The notes beneath the pieces were generated by a model. It did no database searches. It was not told the DNA's origin and was given only the letters and a program-made list of their open reading frames with translations. Source: Chitinivibrionales bacterium (GTDB lineage Bacteria > Fibrobacterota > Chitinivibrionia > Chitinivibrionales > WJKA01). Taken from it: 64,000 bases of DNA. This document shows, one piece after another, positions 62,161 to 64,000 of the stretch; the stretch's first letter is position 1; each line of letters begins with the position of its first letter. The stretch is from contig JBBRUX010000001.1 in assembly GCA_038247415.1 (NCBI GenBank), positions 32,001 to 96,000 on the forward strand, in the 5' to 3' direction. The position numbers and the translations under genes were made by a program.

Positions 62161-63462
62161 TTAAAGCCGAATGTCTACGTATACTTCGGCACGCCATTTT
62201 GTAACAAGCGACTGAAGCTTTTTCTGAGTTGCTATATCTTTGGCTTTTTCTGCGAGTTTGTCGTAATCATCGATAAGAGTAAACGGCCGATCTTCGTTAC
62301 GATCGTTAATTCGAAAAACGGCAAAGGTAGTATTTTCTGCTGCAATAGGAGTGATCCCGCCAATCGAAAGCGTATCAACCATCTGCTGCAATGCTTCGGG
62401 AAGTGCAAACAAGGAAATCCACCCCAAATCTCCCTTAGTTGCCTTAAGTGCATTGTCTGTTGATAAAAGGGCTACTGCTTTTTCAAAGTCTGCCGCTGTT
62501 TTTGCGCTTACGCGAACCGAGTCGAGTCGAGCCTGCACTACTGCTAACGATTGTGCAGAAGGTGCTACTGCACAATATACCTGTCGCACATGAACTTTGT
62601 CCCCTTTTTTCTCTTCGACGGTAATAAAATGAAATCCCATGCGCGTCTCAAACACGTCGCTTACCGTTCCCACCTCAAGGGCAAATGCCTTTTGCTCAAA
62701 TGTTAATTCTCCCAGTGTTCCCTTACCCACAAACCCTAGATCCCCACCTTCTGCTGCATTGGGGTCTTCGGAATAGTGCTTTGCAAGATCGATAAACTTT
62801 TCCCCTTTGTCGATCCGCTGGCGAATCGCCGCAATTTTCTGATACGCTGCTTCCCGTGTGGCTTGCGTTGGCGAAACCGTAATTTGTAGCTTCCCCAGGC
62901 GCACACTTTTACCAGCTTTAGGCAGGCTATCTTTATAGGTTGTATAAAACAATTCAACTTCCTTGCGCGATATCGACCCGAGCATCGCATATTTTTGCAT
63001 CATTTTTTGTTTCAGCAGCTGTTCACGAAGCCCTTTGCGCATCTGCGACTTAAAAAGCGCAAGTGTCATACCTGGTTGATTTTTGGCAATTTCTTCTGAA
63101 AGCTGTTCGAGTGTCAAATTGTTTTCTTTTAAGATACCAGACATCTGACGGCTCACGGCATCTTCGACATCGGCATTAGACACCGAAATAGTAGTGTCTT
63201 TTTCTGCTTTAACAATAAGAACTTTTCCATCGATGAGTTCATTGAGAAATACTTTACGTAATGAGTCTAATTTGGAGGAATCGGGTGCAGTTTCCATTTT
63301 TCCCAGACGCATAGTTGTGTAGGCATCGAGCTCAGAAGATACTATTGCCGAATCACCTACAACGGCGATAACCCCTTCTAATCGCGTAAGCGCACTTACA
63401 GATGATATGCCCCCTGCCAATAAACACAACACTAATACAAAAGCCTTTCGACGATGCAGCAT
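62161..63462 (-). CDS. surA: SurA-like parvulin peptidyl-prolyl isomerase
   Basis: Signal peptide, IAVVG..I..SEL N-domain, FIDLAKHYSEDP..GGDLG, second GDLGW domain. Confidence 0.88.
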   Translation of the reverse strand: MLHRRKAFVLVLCLLAGGISSVSALTRLEGVIAVVGDSAIVSSELDAYTTMRLGKMETAPDSSKLDSLRKVFLNELIDGKVLIVKAEKDTTISVSNADVEDAVSRQMSGILKENNLTLEQLSEEIAKNQPGMTLALFKSQMRKGLREQLLKQKMMQKYAMLGSISRKEVELFYTTYKDSLPKAGKSVRLGKLQITVSPTQATREAAYQKIAAIRQRIDKGEKFIDLAKHYSEDPNAAEGGDLGFVGKGTLGELTFEQKAFALEVGTVSDVFETRMGFHFITVEEKKGDKVHVRQVYCAVAPSAQSLAVVQARLDSVRVSAKTAADFEKAVALLSTDNALKATKGDLGWISLFALPEALQQMVDTLSIGGITPIAAENTTFAVFRINDRNEDRPFTLIDDYDKLAEKAKDIATQKKLQSLVTKWRAEVYVDIRL

Positions 63463-63494
63463 AAGACCCTTTCGCTCTCTATTTCATACTTTCA

Positions 63495-64000
63495 TTATTC
63501 GGATGAAACCGTGTCGGTGTGTACCGCATGTAAAGATGATGAATCAACAACGGCAGGGATTGAAACTGGTTGCGTTTGTCCCGTAATCCCAGAAAAATCA
63601 AACTCAACGTTAACTTTCATACGTAAATCTGCCAACAGTGCTTCCATACTTGATGTCTGATCTTGGGTTGAAAGCTGGCCTTTAATTTCCACCTCACATT
63701 CTGCAAATGATTTAACGCTTCCTTTTTTCGGCTTATCAAGAATGCGAAAAATGGAAACTCCCTCGGCAGTTTGTATAGGACTTGTGGTGCCATCAACTCT
63801 AATCTGACTGACGACTATTCTAATTTCTTCGGGAAGATCATCGAGTGCTACATACTGAGCTTTGTCGGGCTCACATGCAGGCTTTTTGGAATACTTCGTT
63901 GCAAGGGCATAAAAATTGTCGAGTGTAACTTGGTTACGAACAATCCAGGCTGTTTTCATATCTGCAACAGTAATCTCGCAAAAACGAATCATGTCTCGAT
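63495..64000 (-). CDS. Parvulin/PpiC-type PPIase (3' part; runs off the window end)
   Basis: FYALATKYS and TSPIQT.EGV.IF; frame stays open to position 64000. Confidence 0.75.
   Translation of the reverse strand, partial: RDMIRFCEITVADMKTAWIVRNQVTLDNFYALATKYSKKPACEPDKAQYVALDDLPEEIRIVVSQIRVDGTTSPIQTAEGVSIFRILDKPKKGSVKSFAECEVEIKGQLSTQDQTSSMEALLADLRMKVNVEFDFSGITGQTQPVSIPAVVDSSSLHAVHTDTVSSE

Overview
This is a moderately AT-rich bacterial chromosomal segment using genetic code 11. The most likely source is a flagellated member of the Fibrobacterota (Chitinivibrionia/Chitinispirillia-like); this is inferred from gene content and from several secreted proteins with T9SS-like C-terminal domains. From left to right it contains: the 5' half of secA, preceded by an Agl/Glt-like Tol/Ton motor cluster (GltF-like, ExbB, an ExbB-ExbD fusion, ExbD, GltG/TonB-like, PilZ, FliL-like); a nonsense-disrupted membrane glycosyltransferase-like pseudogene; secreted proteins; and an atypical SDR. 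Next is a sigma54-type flagellar operon (flgB-flgC-orf-fliE-fliF-fliG-fliH-fliI-fliJ) running into a ~1650-aa Ig-repeat protein and ygbA, with a divergent wza-wzc pair behind a perfect sigma28-type promoter. Then come an NlpC/P60 enzyme, a type A2 heme-copper oxidase operon, a 261-bp GC-rich structured inverted-doublet element, two beta-helix glycan-active enzymes, tRNA-Ser(CGA), uxs, an orphan SBP, an RlmD-family methyltransferase and a PfkB kinase. The right part holds a decayed RelE/ParE toxin-antitoxin module with an attC-like half site, hisH-hisF, glgP, recF-dciA-gyrB-surE-gyrA, and a convergent PPIase-surA-methyltransferase-ftsE-SLBB operon. The strongest candidate for an undescribed system is the hybrid ion-driven motor operon at 658-5859. 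All family calls come from motif recognition by eye; no database searches were run.
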